From a virus: 64,000 bases of DNA. Within the stretch, counting starts at the first letter, position 1. Every line of letters begins with the position of its first letter. A model generated the notes under the pieces. The model ran no database searches. It was not told the origin of the DNA and was given only the letters and a program-made list of their open reading frames with translations. The stretch is from positions 107,729-171,728 of the IMG/VR virus record IMGVR_UViG_3300025889_000073; one strand, 5' to 3'. Of this stretch, positions 21,631 to 32,001 are shown one piece after another. The position numbers and the translations under genes are program-made.

Positions 21631-21637
21631 ATAAATA
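21631..21637 (+). promoter_or_regulatory. T4-type late promoter (ATAAATA) upstream of gp13
   Basis: Match to the gp55-dependent TATAAATA core, 26 nt before the gp13 start. Confidence 0.55.
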
Positions 21638-21663
21638 CTCAGATAACCATAGGGAGTTTATTC

Positions 21664-22617
21664 ATGGCCATTAGCACTAGGTCTCAATTTAAAGACTATT
21701 GTTTAAGAAGATTAGGCCATCCGGTCATACAAATCAATGTAGATGATGACCAGGTGGAAGACCGTATTGATGATGCACTTCAATTTTTTCACGATTACCA
21801 TTTTGATGGATGTGAAAAAATCTACATGAAACACCAATTTACACAAGAAGATATTGATAGAAGATGGATTTATTGTCCTGATGCTGTTCTTTTTGTTACT
21901 GGTGTTATGCCTTTTGACGATTCAAATTCTTCTATCAATATGTTCGATTTAAGATATCAGCTTAGATTACATGACCTCTATGACTTCACATCGGTTTCTT
22001 ATGTTTCTTATGAGATTACCATGCAACACATTCGCACTTTGAATTTGTTGTTTTCTGGTACACCACAATTTAGATTTAATCGTCACCAAAATAAAGTATT
22101 TTTAGACATTGATTGGGAAAGAGATGCTCAATTAGGTAAATATGTTGTTATTGAGTGTTATAGAAAATTAGAACCAACATCAATAACTTTAACAGGCACC
22201 ATTACTGGCACAGTTTCTTCTAATACATTAACCGGCACATCAACAGTTTTTGACCAAGAAATTATTGAGAACGACTTTATTACATTATCTGACGGTCAAC
22301 AAGTTCAAGTTCGTAAAATCAATTCACCTACTGAAATAGAAATATCAAATGCTTTAAGTTCTGATGTAACTGCAAATACTATGGTTAAAGCAGGCGTGTC
22401 TGATGTTTGGGAAGATAGATTTTTAAAGAGATATGCAACAGCTCTAATCAAATATCAATGGGGTACCAATCTATCTAAGTTTGCTGGTATTCAAATGCCA
22501 GGTGGTGTGACTTTAGATGGTCCGAGAATTATGGAAGAAGCAAGAACAGAAATTGATAAAGTCGAAGAAGAAATGCAATCATACAATGTTTTACCCAACG
22601 ACTTCATAATGGGATAA
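21664..22617 (+). CDS. gp13: neck protein gp13
   Basis: YCLRRLGHPVIQINVDDDQVEDRIDDALQ and YATALIKYQWGTNLSKF..MPGGVTLDG; synteny. Confidence 0.92.
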   Translation: MAISTRSQFKDYCLRRLGHPVIQINVDDDQVEDRIDDALQFFHDYHFDGCEKIYMKHQFTQEDIDRRWIYCPDAVLFVTGVMPFDDSNSSINMFDLRYQLRLHDLYDFTSVSYVSYEITMQHIRTLNLLFSGTPQFRFNRHQNKVFLDIDWERDAQLGKYVVIECYRKLEPTSITLTGTITGTVSSNTLTGTSTVFDQEIIENDFITLSDGQQVQVRKINSPTEIEISNALSSDVTANTMVKAGVSDVWEDRFLKRYATALIKYQWGTNLSKFAGIQMPGGVTLDGPRIMEEARTEIDKVEEEMQSYNVLPNDFIMG

Positions 22618-22620
22618 ACA

Positions 22621-23523
22621 ATGCCTACTAATTTCTATTTCAATAATTTTCCAGCCAACCATGTAACGCAAGAACAACTTCTTGTCGAAGATTTGGTCAT
22701 TGAATCCATGCAAATTCATGGAATGGATGTGTTTTATCTTCCTAGAACAACAAGAGACCAAGTAGATTATCTTTATGGAGAAGATACACTCAAACAATAT
22801 GTATCCGCATATCCTATTGAAATGTATTTGGAAAATGTTACTGGTATGGATGGAGAAGGAGATTTTGTTTCTAAATTTGGTTTAGAAATTAGAGATGAAG
22901 TTTCTTTATTAGTTTCTCGCCGTAGATTTGCATATCAAGTTGGTCAAAACATAATTAGACCTAGAGAAGGTGATTTGATTTATATACCATTAGTAGAAAA
23001 CTTTTTTGAAATTACTTTTGTTGAACACGAAAACGACCAGGCTATGTTTTATACATTGGGTCGTGGCCGTGGTGGTAATGTTTATGTTTATTCACTAAAA
23101 ATGAAACAGTTTGTGTTCTCAAATGAATTGATATCAACAGGAATAAGTGAGATTGATGAACAAATTCGTGACAATTATTCTAGAACAAGATTAACTGTGG
23201 ATACTGGTGGTAGTGGAAACTATAAACAAGATGAAATTATTTACCAAGGAACAGATTTGGCCAATGCTACAGCAACAGCTGTTGTACATACTTGGGATTA
23301 CCATACTAAAGCATTAGACATTTATCGGGTGATTGGTACTTTTGCTGGGTCATCGTCAATCATTGGCGACGAAAGTGGCGCAATTTGGACACAAACAGGT
23401 GCAGCTGACGATACTGTATTTGATAATAATGTGTTTGAGGACATTGTTGACAATACCAGAATTGAAACGGAAGCGGATTCAATAATCGACTTTTCAGAAA
23501 TTAACCCATTTGGTGAACCATAA
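22621..23523 (+). CDS. gp14: neck protein gp14
   Basis: EQLLVEDLVIES, YLPRT, SKFGLEIRDE, RPREGDLIY and C-terminal DFSEINPFG. Confidence 0.92.
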   Translation: MPTNFYFNNFPANHVTQEQLLVEDLVIESMQIHGMDVFYLPRTTRDQVDYLYGEDTLKQYVSAYPIEMYLENVTGMDGEGDFVSKFGLEIRDEVSLLVSRRRFAYQVGQNIIRPREGDLIYIPLVENFFEITFVEHENDQAMFYTLGRGRGGNVYVYSLKMKQFVFSNELISTGISEIDEQIRDNYSRTRLTVDTGGSGNYKQDEIIYQGTDLANATATAVVHTWDYHTKALDIYRVIGTFAGSSSIIGDESGAIWTQTGAADDTVFDNNVFEDIVDNTRIETEADSIIDFSEINPFGEP

Positions 23524-24566
23524 TGTTAGGCAAAAACCATTTTTATAACCGAACAATAAGAAAAGTCGTTGTGGCTTTTGGTACTATTTTCAATGATATC
23601 TATTTGCAAAGATATTCGAAAGATGGTAATACTGCATACGAAAAATTTAAAGTACCTCTTTCTTATGGGTCCAAAGAAAAATATATCACACGAATTACAT
23701 CAGACCCGAATTTAACAAAATCTGTCAATACATTGGTGCCTAGAATTTCTTTTGAGTTGACAGGTTTTAATTATGATAGTTCCAGAAAACAAATAAGTTC
23801 ATTAAGAAATTTTGCAAAAGATTCTACCACAGGAGCTTTGGCAACACAATATGTACCTGTTCCTTATGATTTTACATTTTCGTTATCCATTTATGTACGA
23901 AACACAGAAGATGGTACACAAATTATAGAACAAATTTTGCCTTTTTTTACACCAGATTTTAGTGTAACGGTTGATTTTATACCTGATATGAATCAGAAAT
24001 ATGACATACCTATCATACTGAATTCAGTATCAACATCAACCGATTATGAAGGCGACATGATGACAACTCGCTTAATAACATGGGATTTGGAATTTACGGT
24101 CAAAGGTTATATCTGGCCAGCAGTAATTAATCCTTCTGGTTTAATTGGCGATTCTTATGCCAATACAAGTGCTCCTGGTGGAGTTTCTTATGGCAGAGTT
24201 ATTACCAATCTATATGAAGAAACTCAAAACAAATCAGCACAAAAAGTTGTTGTTGATTATGCAAATGGAAACAATTACTTTTCAACTTCAGAAACAATTA
24301 GAGTTGAAAGTAAAGGAATAACTGGAAAAATAATTTATTTTAGTAATAGTAGTAGTGGCATATTAATTGCTGGTGAGTTGAATCAGCTTTTGGAAGTTGG
24401 TGATATAGTGCGTGGCGATTATACTGGTGCTAAATATACCATAACATCACTGGATAGTTCTCCAGTAAAATCAGTATCAATAATCACAACGACAGTACCT
24501 GAAGATTCTGATCCAGATGATGAATTTGGATTTGCAGAAACTATTAATGAATGGCCAAATGCATGA
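23523..24566 (+). CDS. gp15: tail terminator/sheath stabiliser gp15
   Basis: FYNRTIRKVVVAFGTIFN, KVPLSYG, PRISFE and QIIEQILPFFTP. Confidence 0.92.
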   Translation: MLGKNHFYNRTIRKVVVAFGTIFNDIYLQRYSKDGNTAYEKFKVPLSYGSKEKYITRITSDPNLTKSVNTLVPRISFELTGFNYDSSRKQISSLRNFAKDSTTGALATQYVPVPYDFTFSLSIYVRNTEDGTQIIEQILPFFTPDFSVTVDFIPDMNQKYDIPIILNSVSTSTDYEGDMMTTRLITWDLEFTVKGYIWPAVINPSGLIGDSYANTSAPGGVSYGRVITNLYEETQNKSAQKVVVDYANGNNYFSTSETIRVESKGITGKIIYFSNSSSGILIAGELNQLLEVGDIVRGDYTGAKYTITSLDSSPVKSVSIITTTVPEDSDPDDEFGFAETINEWPNA

Positions 24567-24970
24567 TGGAAAAATTAAACAAAAACTTATCCGAAGCTTT
24601 AGAATTGGAACCAATCAAGTTTGGTTCTGACGAAAACTTACCTGTTTATTCAAATAAACAAGAACCTATACAAGACGATTCCGAATTCGCCAGACACAAC
24701 ATTCGTGAATTGATTGAAAAGGGTAATGTTGCGATTGATAATCTCCTACACGTTGCTAAAGAATCTGAACACCCTAGAGCTTATGAAGTCGCAGCAGGTT
24801 TAATTAAAAATTTATCTGACTTAAACAAAGATTTGTTAGAGGTACAGAAAAGAAAACAAGATTTAACTGGTGAAAAACAAAGTAAAAATATGAATATTGA
24901 TAAAGCTGTGTTTGTTGGTTCCACTTCAGAATTGGTAAAATTTTTAAAAAACAATAAAGGACAAGAATAA
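24563..24970 (+). CDS. gp16: terminase small subunit gp16
   Basis: ESEHPRAYEV and AVFVGSTSEL motifs; ATGA overlap with the gp15 stop. Confidence 0.92.
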   Translation: MMEKLNKNLSEALELEPIKFGSDENLPVYSNKQEPIQDDSEFARHNIRELIEKGNVAIDNLLHVAKESEHPRAYEVAAGLIKNLSDLNKDLLEVQKRKQDLTGEKQSKNMNIDKAVFVGSTSELVKFLKNNKGQE

Positions 24971-25404
24971 TGGAACGATTGATTCAACAGTTAAAGGTTA
25001 TATTGGGTACAAATTTTAGTTTGTATTTTAAATCACACAGCTTCCATTGGAATGTGGAAGGTGCTGATTTTGTACAGTACCACACTTATCTTGGTGATTT
25101 TTACGAAAAAGTTTTTGATAACACCGATATTCTTGCTGAAAAAATTCGAATGTTGGATTCATATGCACCAACAGGACTCTCTCGTATGATTGAATTATCA
25201 GCAATAGAAGAAACAGAATCGATTCCTGACGCATTAGGTATGTTTAATGAATTAAAGTCTGATAATGATAAGATGATTGTACAAATTAAAGCTGGTATAG
25301 TTTTGGCAGACCAAGAAAACGAATCTGCGGTTTCAAATTACTTACAAGAACTTTTAGACCAACACCAGAAACACGCATGGTTTTTCCGTAGTATAACGAA
25401 ATGA
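24970..25404 (+). CDS. dps: Dps (DNA-binding ferritin-like) protein
   Basis: HWNVEG..F..H..L..FY......D..AE.IR ferroxidase-centre signature and C-terminal H.KHAWF.RS. Confidence 0.88.
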   Translation: MERLIQQLKVILGTNFSLYFKSHSFHWNVEGADFVQYHTYLGDFYEKVFDNTDILAEKIRMLDSYAPTGLSRMIELSAIEETESIPDALGMFNELKSDNDKMIVQIKAGIVLADQENESAVSNYLQELLDQHQKHAWFFRSITK

Positions 25405-27026
25405 CAGAAGGCGGTTATCTTGGTAATGACCGACTAAAAAAAGTTGGTGTTGAAATATCATATACCGAAGAACAAGTCAAAGAAATTATAAAATGTTCTG
25501 AAGACCCGGTATATTTTATTAAAAACTATGTTCAGATCGTACACGTTGATAGAGGTTTAATACCTTTTGATATGTGGCCGTTTCAAGAAGAAATGGTCAA
25601 AGATTTCCATGAAAATCGTTTTTCAATTTGTAAGATGCCTCGGCAGGTTGGTAAAACGACTACGACAGTTGGTTATATGTTGTGGTGTGTTTTATTCCAA
25701 GATGAATACACGATTGCAATTTTGGCCAACAAAGGCGCCTTAGCTCAAGAAATACTTTCACGTTTACAGAAAGCTTATGAATATTTACCACTTTGGTTAC
25801 AACAAGGTATCATTACTTGGAACAAAAGAAGTGTTGAACTGGAAAACGGTTCAAAAATTTATGCTTATGCAACATCCGCAGCTGGTGTTCGTGGTGGCAC
25901 ATACAACTTAATATTTTTAGACGAATTTGCTTTCGTGCCTAAGAATATGGCAGACGATTTCTTTACGTCTACTTACCCTGTTATTTCTTCTGGTCAAACG
26001 ACAAAAGTTATCATTGTTTCAACCCCTTATGGTCTAAACCACTTTTATAAGATGTGGGTCGATGCGTCTGAAAGTCGTTCTCTTTACAAGCCAATTGAAG
26101 TTCATTGGTCGCAAGTTCCTGGCCGTGATGCTAAATGGCGTGAAGAAACCATAAGAAATACCAGTGAAGAACAGTTTCGCCAAGAATTTGAGACTGAGTT
26201 CATTGGTTCATCGGCAACTTTAATATCTGGTGCTAAATTAAGAAGTCTGGCATTTTTTAATCCTTTATCTTCCGATGATAATTTAGACATTTATGAACAA
26301 CCCAAACCCGGACATTTGTATATCTGTACGGTGGATTGTTCAGAAGGTGTTGAACAGGATTATTCAACTATAAATGTTCTTGATGTTTCCCAAACTCCAT
26401 ATAAACAAGTTGCTAAATACCGAAACAATAAATTACCATTATTGTTTTTTCCAACAATCATTTACTCGATTGCAAATAGATTCAATGAAGCGTTTGTTTT
26501 AATTGAGACAAATAATGTTGGCCAACAAGTTGTAGATATATTACACTATGACTTAGAATACGAAAATGTTTATAAAATTGACCATCATCACATAAAAGGA
26601 CAAACAATATCGGGTGGATTCAAACGAGCGGCCAGTTTTGGTATTAAAACCACCAAATCAGTTAAAAAAATTGGTTGTGCAAACCTCAAAACTCTAATAG
26701 AAACTGACAAATTAATCATTAATGATTTTGACACTATTGCAGAACTGAACACATTTACAAGAATCCGAGATACATACCAAGCAGAAGAAGGTAATAACGA
26801 TGACTTAGTAATGGGTTTAGTACTGTTTGCATGGCTAACCGCACAGTCATACTTCAGAGATTCTACGAATATTGACATTCGTAGAGTACTTATAGAAGAA
26901 TATAATATGGCCGAAGAAGAAAATATCACTCCTGTAGGTTTTATCGAAGATGGACGAAAAGAAGAAATTATAAATGATGGATATGACATTTGGACTGAAA
27001 GAGGTTATCCATCTTCAATTTTATAA
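25401..27026 (+). CDS. gp17: terminase large subunit gp17
   Basis: PRQVGKTT Walker A, IFLDEFAF Walker B, STPYG, and nuclease motifs VDCSEG and NDDLVM. Confidence 0.97.
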   Translation: MTEGGYLGNDRLKKVGVEISYTEEQVKEIIKCSEDPVYFIKNYVQIVHVDRGLIPFDMWPFQEEMVKDFHENRFSICKMPRQVGKTTTTVGYMLWCVLFQDEYTIAILANKGALAQEILSRLQKAYEYLPLWLQQGIITWNKRSVELENGSKIYAYATSAAGVRGGTYNLIFLDEFAFVPKNMADDFFTSTYPVISSGQTTKVIIVSTPYGLNHFYKMWVDASESRSLYKPIEVHWSQVPGRDAKWREETIRNTSEEQFRQEFETEFIGSSATLISGAKLRSLAFFNPLSSDDNLDIYEQPKPGHLYICTVDCSEGVEQDYSTINVLDVSQTPYKQVAKYRNNKLPLLFFPTIIYSIANRFNEAFVLIETNNVGQQVVDILHYDLEYENVYKIDHHHIKGQTISGGFKRAASFGIKTTKSVKKIGCANLKTLIETDKLIINDFDTIAELNTFTRIRDTYQAEEGNNDDLVMGLVLFAWLTAQSYFRDSTNIDIRRVLIEEYNMAEEENITPVGFIEDGRKEEIINDGYDIWTERGYPSSIL

Positions 27027-27030
27027 AACA

Positions 27031-27037
27031 CTAAATA
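27031..27037 (+). promoter_or_regulatory. late promoter (CTAAATA) upstream of gp18
   Basis: TAAATA core in the intergenic region before the sheath gene. Confidence 0.55.
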
Positions 27038-27087
27038 GTATATCAAGAAATCTTAAATTGACCCTGTAAAAACATAAGGAGAAATCC

Positions 27088-28773
27088 ATGGCATTCCAAT
27101 TATCACCTGGGGTAAACGTATCTGAGATTGACCTCACTACGGTTGTCCCCGCAGTCGCCACTTCAACTGGCGCAATTGCTGGAAATTTTGCATGGGGTCC
27201 AGTCAATGAAATAGTTACCATTTCTGACGAGGTTCGCCTAGCAGACACATTTGGTAAACCTAATGAAGATAATTATGAACACTGGTTCTCAGCATCAAAC
27301 TTCCTATCATATTCTAATAATTTAAAAGTTGTTCGAGCTGCCGGCTCCGGAGCATTAAATGCTGGTTCCAATTCAACCGGAGTACTTGTCGGTAATGATG
27401 ATGAATATTCAAGTGCTACACTCACTCTAGTCACCCACGGCGAATGGATTGCAAGATTTCCTGGTGAACTAGGCAATTCACTTAGTGTTGAGATGGTAGA
27501 CAGCAACACAATTACCACCTTGGCCAATAGTGGTCTGGACAAATTTGTTCCTTCTGCTGCACCTGGAACATCTACTTGGGTAAATGCACAAGGAGGTTCG
27601 GATGATGAACTGCACGTTATTGTAATTGATGCTCAAGGCAAATTTACTGGTGTGGCAGGACAAGTTTTAGAAACATTCCTTTATGTCTCTAAAGCTTCTG
27701 ATGCTAAAGATGATTATGGTAATACAAATTATTACGCTCAAGTCATAAACAATAGGTCGAAATATATCCGTTGGGCTGCCCACACAGATTTGACGACGGC
27801 CGCCGAAAGTTGGGGAAATACAGCTGCCAATGTAACATTTGCTAACCTGACTTCAAATGTTACATCAATATTAAATGGTGGTGCTGATGGTACTTACAGT
27901 TCTGGAAATACTGTAACAGGTTTAGGTTTGTTTGCATCGGCTGAAGCTGTTGACGTTTCGTTGTTAATTGGTGGTCCTGCCGATTCGACTGTTGTTAGTG
28001 AACTACACGATATTGTCGAATCCAGAAAAGATTGTCTTGCTTTCATTTCACCAGAAAAAGCTGATGTTGTAAACAATGCTGGTTCTGAAGCAACAGACGC
28101 TATTGCATATCGTGATGGCTTAACATCATCTTCTTTTTTGGTGATGGATTCAAATTGGAAATATCAATACGACAAGTACAACGACAAGTATCGTTGGATT
28201 CCTTGTAACGCTGATGTTGCTGGTGCTTGTGCAAGAACAGACCAGCAACGTGACCCATGGTACTCGCCAGGTGGTTTAAATCGAGGTATACTTAAAAATG
28301 TTATTAAGTTGGCATGGAATCCAAATCAAGCCGACCGTGATAACCTCTACCAAAAAGGTATCAACCCAATAGTTTCTTTTGCTGGTGAAGGTACAGTTCT
28401 GTTTGGTGACAAAACAATGTTGTCTAAGCCTTCTGCATTTGACCGCATTAATGTTCGCCGGCTGTTTATTGTACTTGAGAAAGCAATTTCCCGTGCTGCA
28501 CGGTACTCAATGTTTGAATTTAATGACCAATTCACAAGAGCACAGTTTGTAAATTTGGTCGAACCATTCTTGCGTGATGTACAAGGCCGCCGTGGTATTA
28601 CCGACTTCCGTGTTGTTTGTGACGAATCCAATAATACTGGACAAGTTATTGACCGTAACGAATTTGTTGGTGATATCTACATTAAGCCCGCACGTTCTAT
28701 TAACTTTATCCAACTCAACTTTGTTGCGGTTCGCACAGGCGTATCGTTTAATGAAGTTGTAGGACAGTTCTAA
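27088..28773 (+). CDS. gp18: tail sheath protein gp18
   Basis: SPGVNVSEIDL, PWYSPGG.NRG, FDRINVRRLF and IYIKPARSINFI. Confidence 0.97.
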   Translation: MAFQLSPGVNVSEIDLTTVVPAVATSTGAIAGNFAWGPVNEIVTISDEVRLADTFGKPNEDNYEHWFSASNFLSYSNNLKVVRAAGSGALNAGSNSTGVLVGNDDEYSSATLTLVTHGEWIARFPGELGNSLSVEMVDSNTITTLANSGLDKFVPSAAPGTSTWVNAQGGSDDELHVIVIDAQGKFTGVAGQVLETFLYVSKASDAKDDYGNTNYYAQVINNRSKYIRWAAHTDLTTAAESWGNTAANVTFANLTSNVTSILNGGADGTYSSGNTVTGLGLFASAEAVDVSLLIGGPADSTVVSELHDIVESRKDCLAFISPEKADVVNNAGSEATDAIAYRDGLTSSSFLVMDSNWKYQYDKYNDKYRWIPCNADVAGACARTDQQRDPWYSPGGLNRGILKNVIKLAWNPNQADRDNLYQKGINPIVSFAGEGTVLFGDKTMLSKPSAFDRINVRRLFIVLEKAISRAARYSMFEFNDQFTRAQFVNLVEPFLRDVQGRRGITDFRVVCDESNNTGQVIDRNEFVGDIYIKPARSINFIQLNFVAVRTGVSFNEVVGQF

Positions 28774-28798
28774 ATATAAGAGAAACAGGAGAAAATAA

Positions 28799-29344
28799 AT
28801 GGCATTAAATATTAACGAATTTAGAAGCCAAATGACTGGTGACGGTGCCCGTCCCAATCTATTTGAAGTTTCTATGCCGTTTCCTGGGTTCTCAGCACCA
28901 GGAACAGCACAATCAAAATTAACTTTCCAATGTAAGACGGCTCAATTGCCTGGCGCCACAATTGGTGTGGTGCCTGTACAGTATTTTGGACGTGAGTTAA
29001 AGTTTGCAGGTAACAGAACATTCGCTGACTGGACAATCACAGTTATTAATGATGAAGATTTTGTCATTCGTAACGCCTTTGAGCGTTGGATGAATGGAAT
29101 CAATTCACACAATTTGAATGTTCGTAACCCAGCTGCTTTATCTCCGTTAGGATATACTGTTGATGGAGAAGTCACACAATTTGGTAAACAAGGCGACACC
29201 TTGAAAAAATACAAATTTGTTGGTTTATTTCCAACAGATTTGACACCGATTGATGTTGACTGGGGTTCAAATGATACAATTGAGGAGTTTTCTGTAACTC
29301 TGACGTATCAATGGTGGGAATCCGTAGCCGATAATGTGGTTTAA
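28799..29344 (+). CDS. gp19: tail tube protein gp19
   Basis: GARPNLFEV, GRELKFAGNRTF..WTITVINDEDF, IEEFSVT..YQWW. Confidence 0.97.
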   Translation: MALNINEFRSQMTGDGARPNLFEVSMPFPGFSAPGTAQSKLTFQCKTAQLPGATIGVVPVQYFGRELKFAGNRTFADWTITVINDEDFVIRNAFERWMNGINSHNLNVRNPAALSPLGYTVDGEVTQFGKQGDTLKKYKFVGLFPTDLTPIDVDWGSNDTIEEFSVTLTYQWWESVADNVV

Positions 29345-29376
29345 ATATTGGGGGGATTTTTCCCCAATATTATTTT
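29344..29376 (+). terminator. stem-loop after gp19
   Basis: AATATTGGGGG / TCCCCAATATT inverted repeat followed by ATTTT. Confidence 0.6.
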
Positions 29377-29390
29377 AGGATGATAAACAT

Positions 29391-31031
29391 ATGGCAATAA
29401 AACTTTTTGGTTTTACTTTAGGACAAAAGGACGTTGTTCAGCAACAACCGGCTGAGCAACCTTCTTTTGCGCTTCCTAATGAGGCTTTAGATGATGGCGC
29501 AGTAACCGTAACACAAAATGCTTATTACGGTACATATGTAGATTTAGAAGGTTCCATTCGAAATGAATTGGAACTTATTACTCGTTACAGAGAAATGGCT
29601 AATCATCCAGAATTGGAACAAGCCATTGATGATATTGTAAATGAAGCTATTACACACGATGAATCCGGTAGAACGGTAGATATTGTATTAGATAAATTAA
29701 AACAACCAGAATCAATTAAGAAAAAAATTACAGAAGAATTTGAAAATGTTCTTCGTATGTTAAATTTTGGTAATCTTTCTGATGATTTGTTTAAGCGTTG
29801 GTATATTGATGGTAGAATTTATTTCCATGCTGTGGTAGATGAATCTAAACCAAAAGAAGGTATTAAAGAACTTCGTTACATTGACCCACGGAAAATTCGC
29901 AAGGTTCGTGAAATCAAAAAAGACCGAGATCCAAAAACCGGCGCAAACATAATCAAATCAATTGCTGAATATTATGTTTATTCCGACAAAGGAACAACAA
30001 CACAAAATTATTCTGCACAAGTAAACTCAGGTTTAAGAATTGCAACCGATTCGGTTATTAATATTAACTCTGGTTTGATGGATGCAAAGAATACTTTTGT
30101 AATTTCTTATCTACACAAAGCAATTAAGCCACTCAATCAATTGCGTATGATTGAGGACGCAGTAGTTATTTACCGAATATCAAGAGCACCAGAACGCCGT
30201 ATTTTTTACATTGACGTTGGTAACTTACCAAAAGGTAAAGCAGAACAATACTTGCGTGATGTAATGGTCAAGTATCGTAACAAGATGGTTTATGATGCTT
30301 CTACTGGTGAACTCAGAGATGACCGCAAGCATATGTCAATGCTTGAAGATTTCTGGTTACCACGCCGTGAAGGTGGTAAAGGTACAGAGATTACAACTCT
30401 ACCAGCTGGTCAAAACCTTGGTGAGTTAGAAGATGTTAAGTATTTTCAAAAGAAACTTCTTCAATCTTTGAATGTACCTATTTCACGTTTAGAACCACAA
30501 CAAGGCGGCATGATTGGCCTTGGACGTGTTTCTGAAGTTACAAGAGATGAAGTTAAGTTTGCAAAGTTTATCCAAAGATTACGCAATAAATTCTCTCAAA
30601 TTTTTGACGACGCATTGGGCACTCAATTAGTATTAAAAGGTATTTGTACTAAAGAGGAGTGGGAAGAATTTAAAGAAAAAATTTATTATGATTATAAAAA
30701 GGATAATAATTTTACCGAAATGCGTGAAGCTGAATTGCTTCGTGAAAGATTGAATCTATTAGGTACAGTTGACCCGTATATTGGTCGTTATTATTCTGCC
30801 AGCTGGGTCAAAAAGAATGTTTTACAAATGACAGATGACGATATTAAACGTCTGAAAAAAGAAATTGATGAAGAAGAAAAAGAAGGAACAGGTGGTCCTA
30901 CTTTACAACAAGGACAAGAACCGCCGGCTTCACCTGAAGAATATCCACCAGCAGACAATACTGGAGAAGTTGAATCACCAACTCCTCAATTGGATGCTGA
31001 GACAGAACGGTATTCTACCAGGTTAAACTAA
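29391..31031 (+). CDS. gp20: portal protein gp20
   Basis: YLHKAIKPLNQLRMIEDAVVIYRISRAPERRIFYIDVGNLPK and EDFWLPRREGGKGTEITTLP. Confidence 0.98.
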   Translation: MAIKLFGFTLGQKDVVQQQPAEQPSFALPNEALDDGAVTVTQNAYYGTYVDLEGSIRNELELITRYREMANHPELEQAIDDIVNEAITHDESGRTVDIVLDKLKQPESIKKKITEEFENVLRMLNFGNLSDDLFKRWYIDGRIYFHAVVDESKPKEGIKELRYIDPRKIRKVREIKKDRDPKTGANIIKSIAEYYVYSDKGTTTQNYSAQVNSGLRIATDSVININSGLMDAKNTFVISYLHKAIKPLNQLRMIEDAVVIYRISRAPERRIFYIDVGNLPKGKAEQYLRDVMVKYRNKMVYDASTGELRDDRKHMSMLEDFWLPRREGGKGTEITTLPAGQNLGELEDVKYFQKKLLQSLNVPISRLEPQQGGMIGLGRVSEVTRDEVKFAKFIQRLRNKFSQIFDDALGTQLVLKGICTKEEWEEFKEKIYYDYKKDNNFTEMREAELLRERLNLLGTVDPYIGRYYSASWVKKNVLQMTDDDIKRLKKEIDEEEKEGTGGPTLQQGQEPPASPEEYPPADNTGEVESPTPQLDAETERYSTRLN

Positions 31032-31051
31032 ATAATTAACGAGGAAAAATT

Positions 31052-31270
31052 ATGGACACACAAAAATTCATACAAAATGTTGCTGACGGCGAATCAACAA
31101 AAGCTAAAGAGACATTAGAGAATCTTTTAGCTTCTAAAGCTTTTGATTCTTTAGATGCAAGAAAACAACAGATTGCTAAAACAATTTATAACGGTGGGCA
31201 AACAGAAGTCGAGTCTGAAATTGAAGTTCAAGACACAGAAGATACTCCTTTAGAAACAGAAGAAGAATGA
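31052..31270 (+). CDS. prohead core protein (gp67-like)
   Basis: Small acidic protein right after the portal gene; preceded by CTAAATA (31028-31034) and GAGGA. Confidence 0.6.
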   Translation: MDTQKFIQNVADGESTKAKETLENLLASKAFDSLDARKQQIAKTIYNGGQTEVESEIEVQDTEDTPLETEEE

Positions 31271-32001
31271 AATCATTAGAAGATTTTAAAAATACTTTAG
31301 AAGAAGAAAAATCAGACTACTCTAAGTTTGATGTGTTAGTTCGTGCTGGGCTTGCTAACAAAGCTCAGCTTGCTCGTATACACCGTGTTTTGGATAAAAT
31401 GACGGAAGACCGGCCACAATTTAATAATGCCGATAAAATGATTGTGCAGAATTTGTTCAATAAGATGGTCGACTTACTATCCAATAATAAACAAATTTTT
31501 CAAAAAACTAGACAAGCAGTTAGAGAAGAATCCGAAGAAGAATTTGAAAATGCAATTCAAATTTCTGAAGAAACCCCAGACTTACCTAAGGACCCACCTT
31601 TCGTTTTGGTGTTAAAAAGAAAAGCTATAAGACTTTTTCCAAACAAAGTTAAAATGGCTTTGTATTACAACCAAAAATTAGACAAGTATTTTTCAATACC
31701 TTACGGACCAAATGTTTCTGCTGGCCCGTTGCAAGCAGAAGAAGCCGAAGAAGAACAAGTTACGATTGTAGAAGCGGTAATGGACCAATTACATAAGATT
31801 GTAGGCAAGAAGCAAGCGAATACAGTTAAGTTTGCCAACGGCCAAACTAGGAAGGTGGACCACTTCACTGCTTCTGCAATCACTCAAGTACACAATGCCC
31901 TCAATGATGAAAACAAAAAGAAGTTTGCAGATATGGTTCATAAATCACCTGCACACTTAGCTAAAGCATCAGACTTTGCTTTTAGTAGGGCTAAAAAATG
32001 A
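31267..32001 (+). CDS. putative internal head/prohead core protein
   Basis: Position between gp20 and gp21; several acidic xEE stretches resembling gp21 cleavage sites. Confidence 0.5.
   Translation: MKSLEDFKNTLEEEKSDYSKFDVLVRAGLANKAQLARIHRVLDKMTEDRPQFNNADKMIVQNLFNKMVDLLSNNKQIFQKTRQAVREESEEEFENAIQISEETPDLPKDPPFVLVLKRKAIRLFPNKVKMALYYNQKLDKYFSIPYGPNVSAGPLQAEEAEEEQVTIVEAVMDQLHKIVGKKQANTVKFANGQTRKVDHFTASAITQVHNALNDENKKKFADMVHKSPAHLAKASDFAFSRAKK

Noticed and set aside
25647-25660. GTTG-GTAAAA-CGAC hairpin-like match inside gp17
   Set aside because: It is explained by the Walker A codons (V-G-K-T) and is a single isolated copy.
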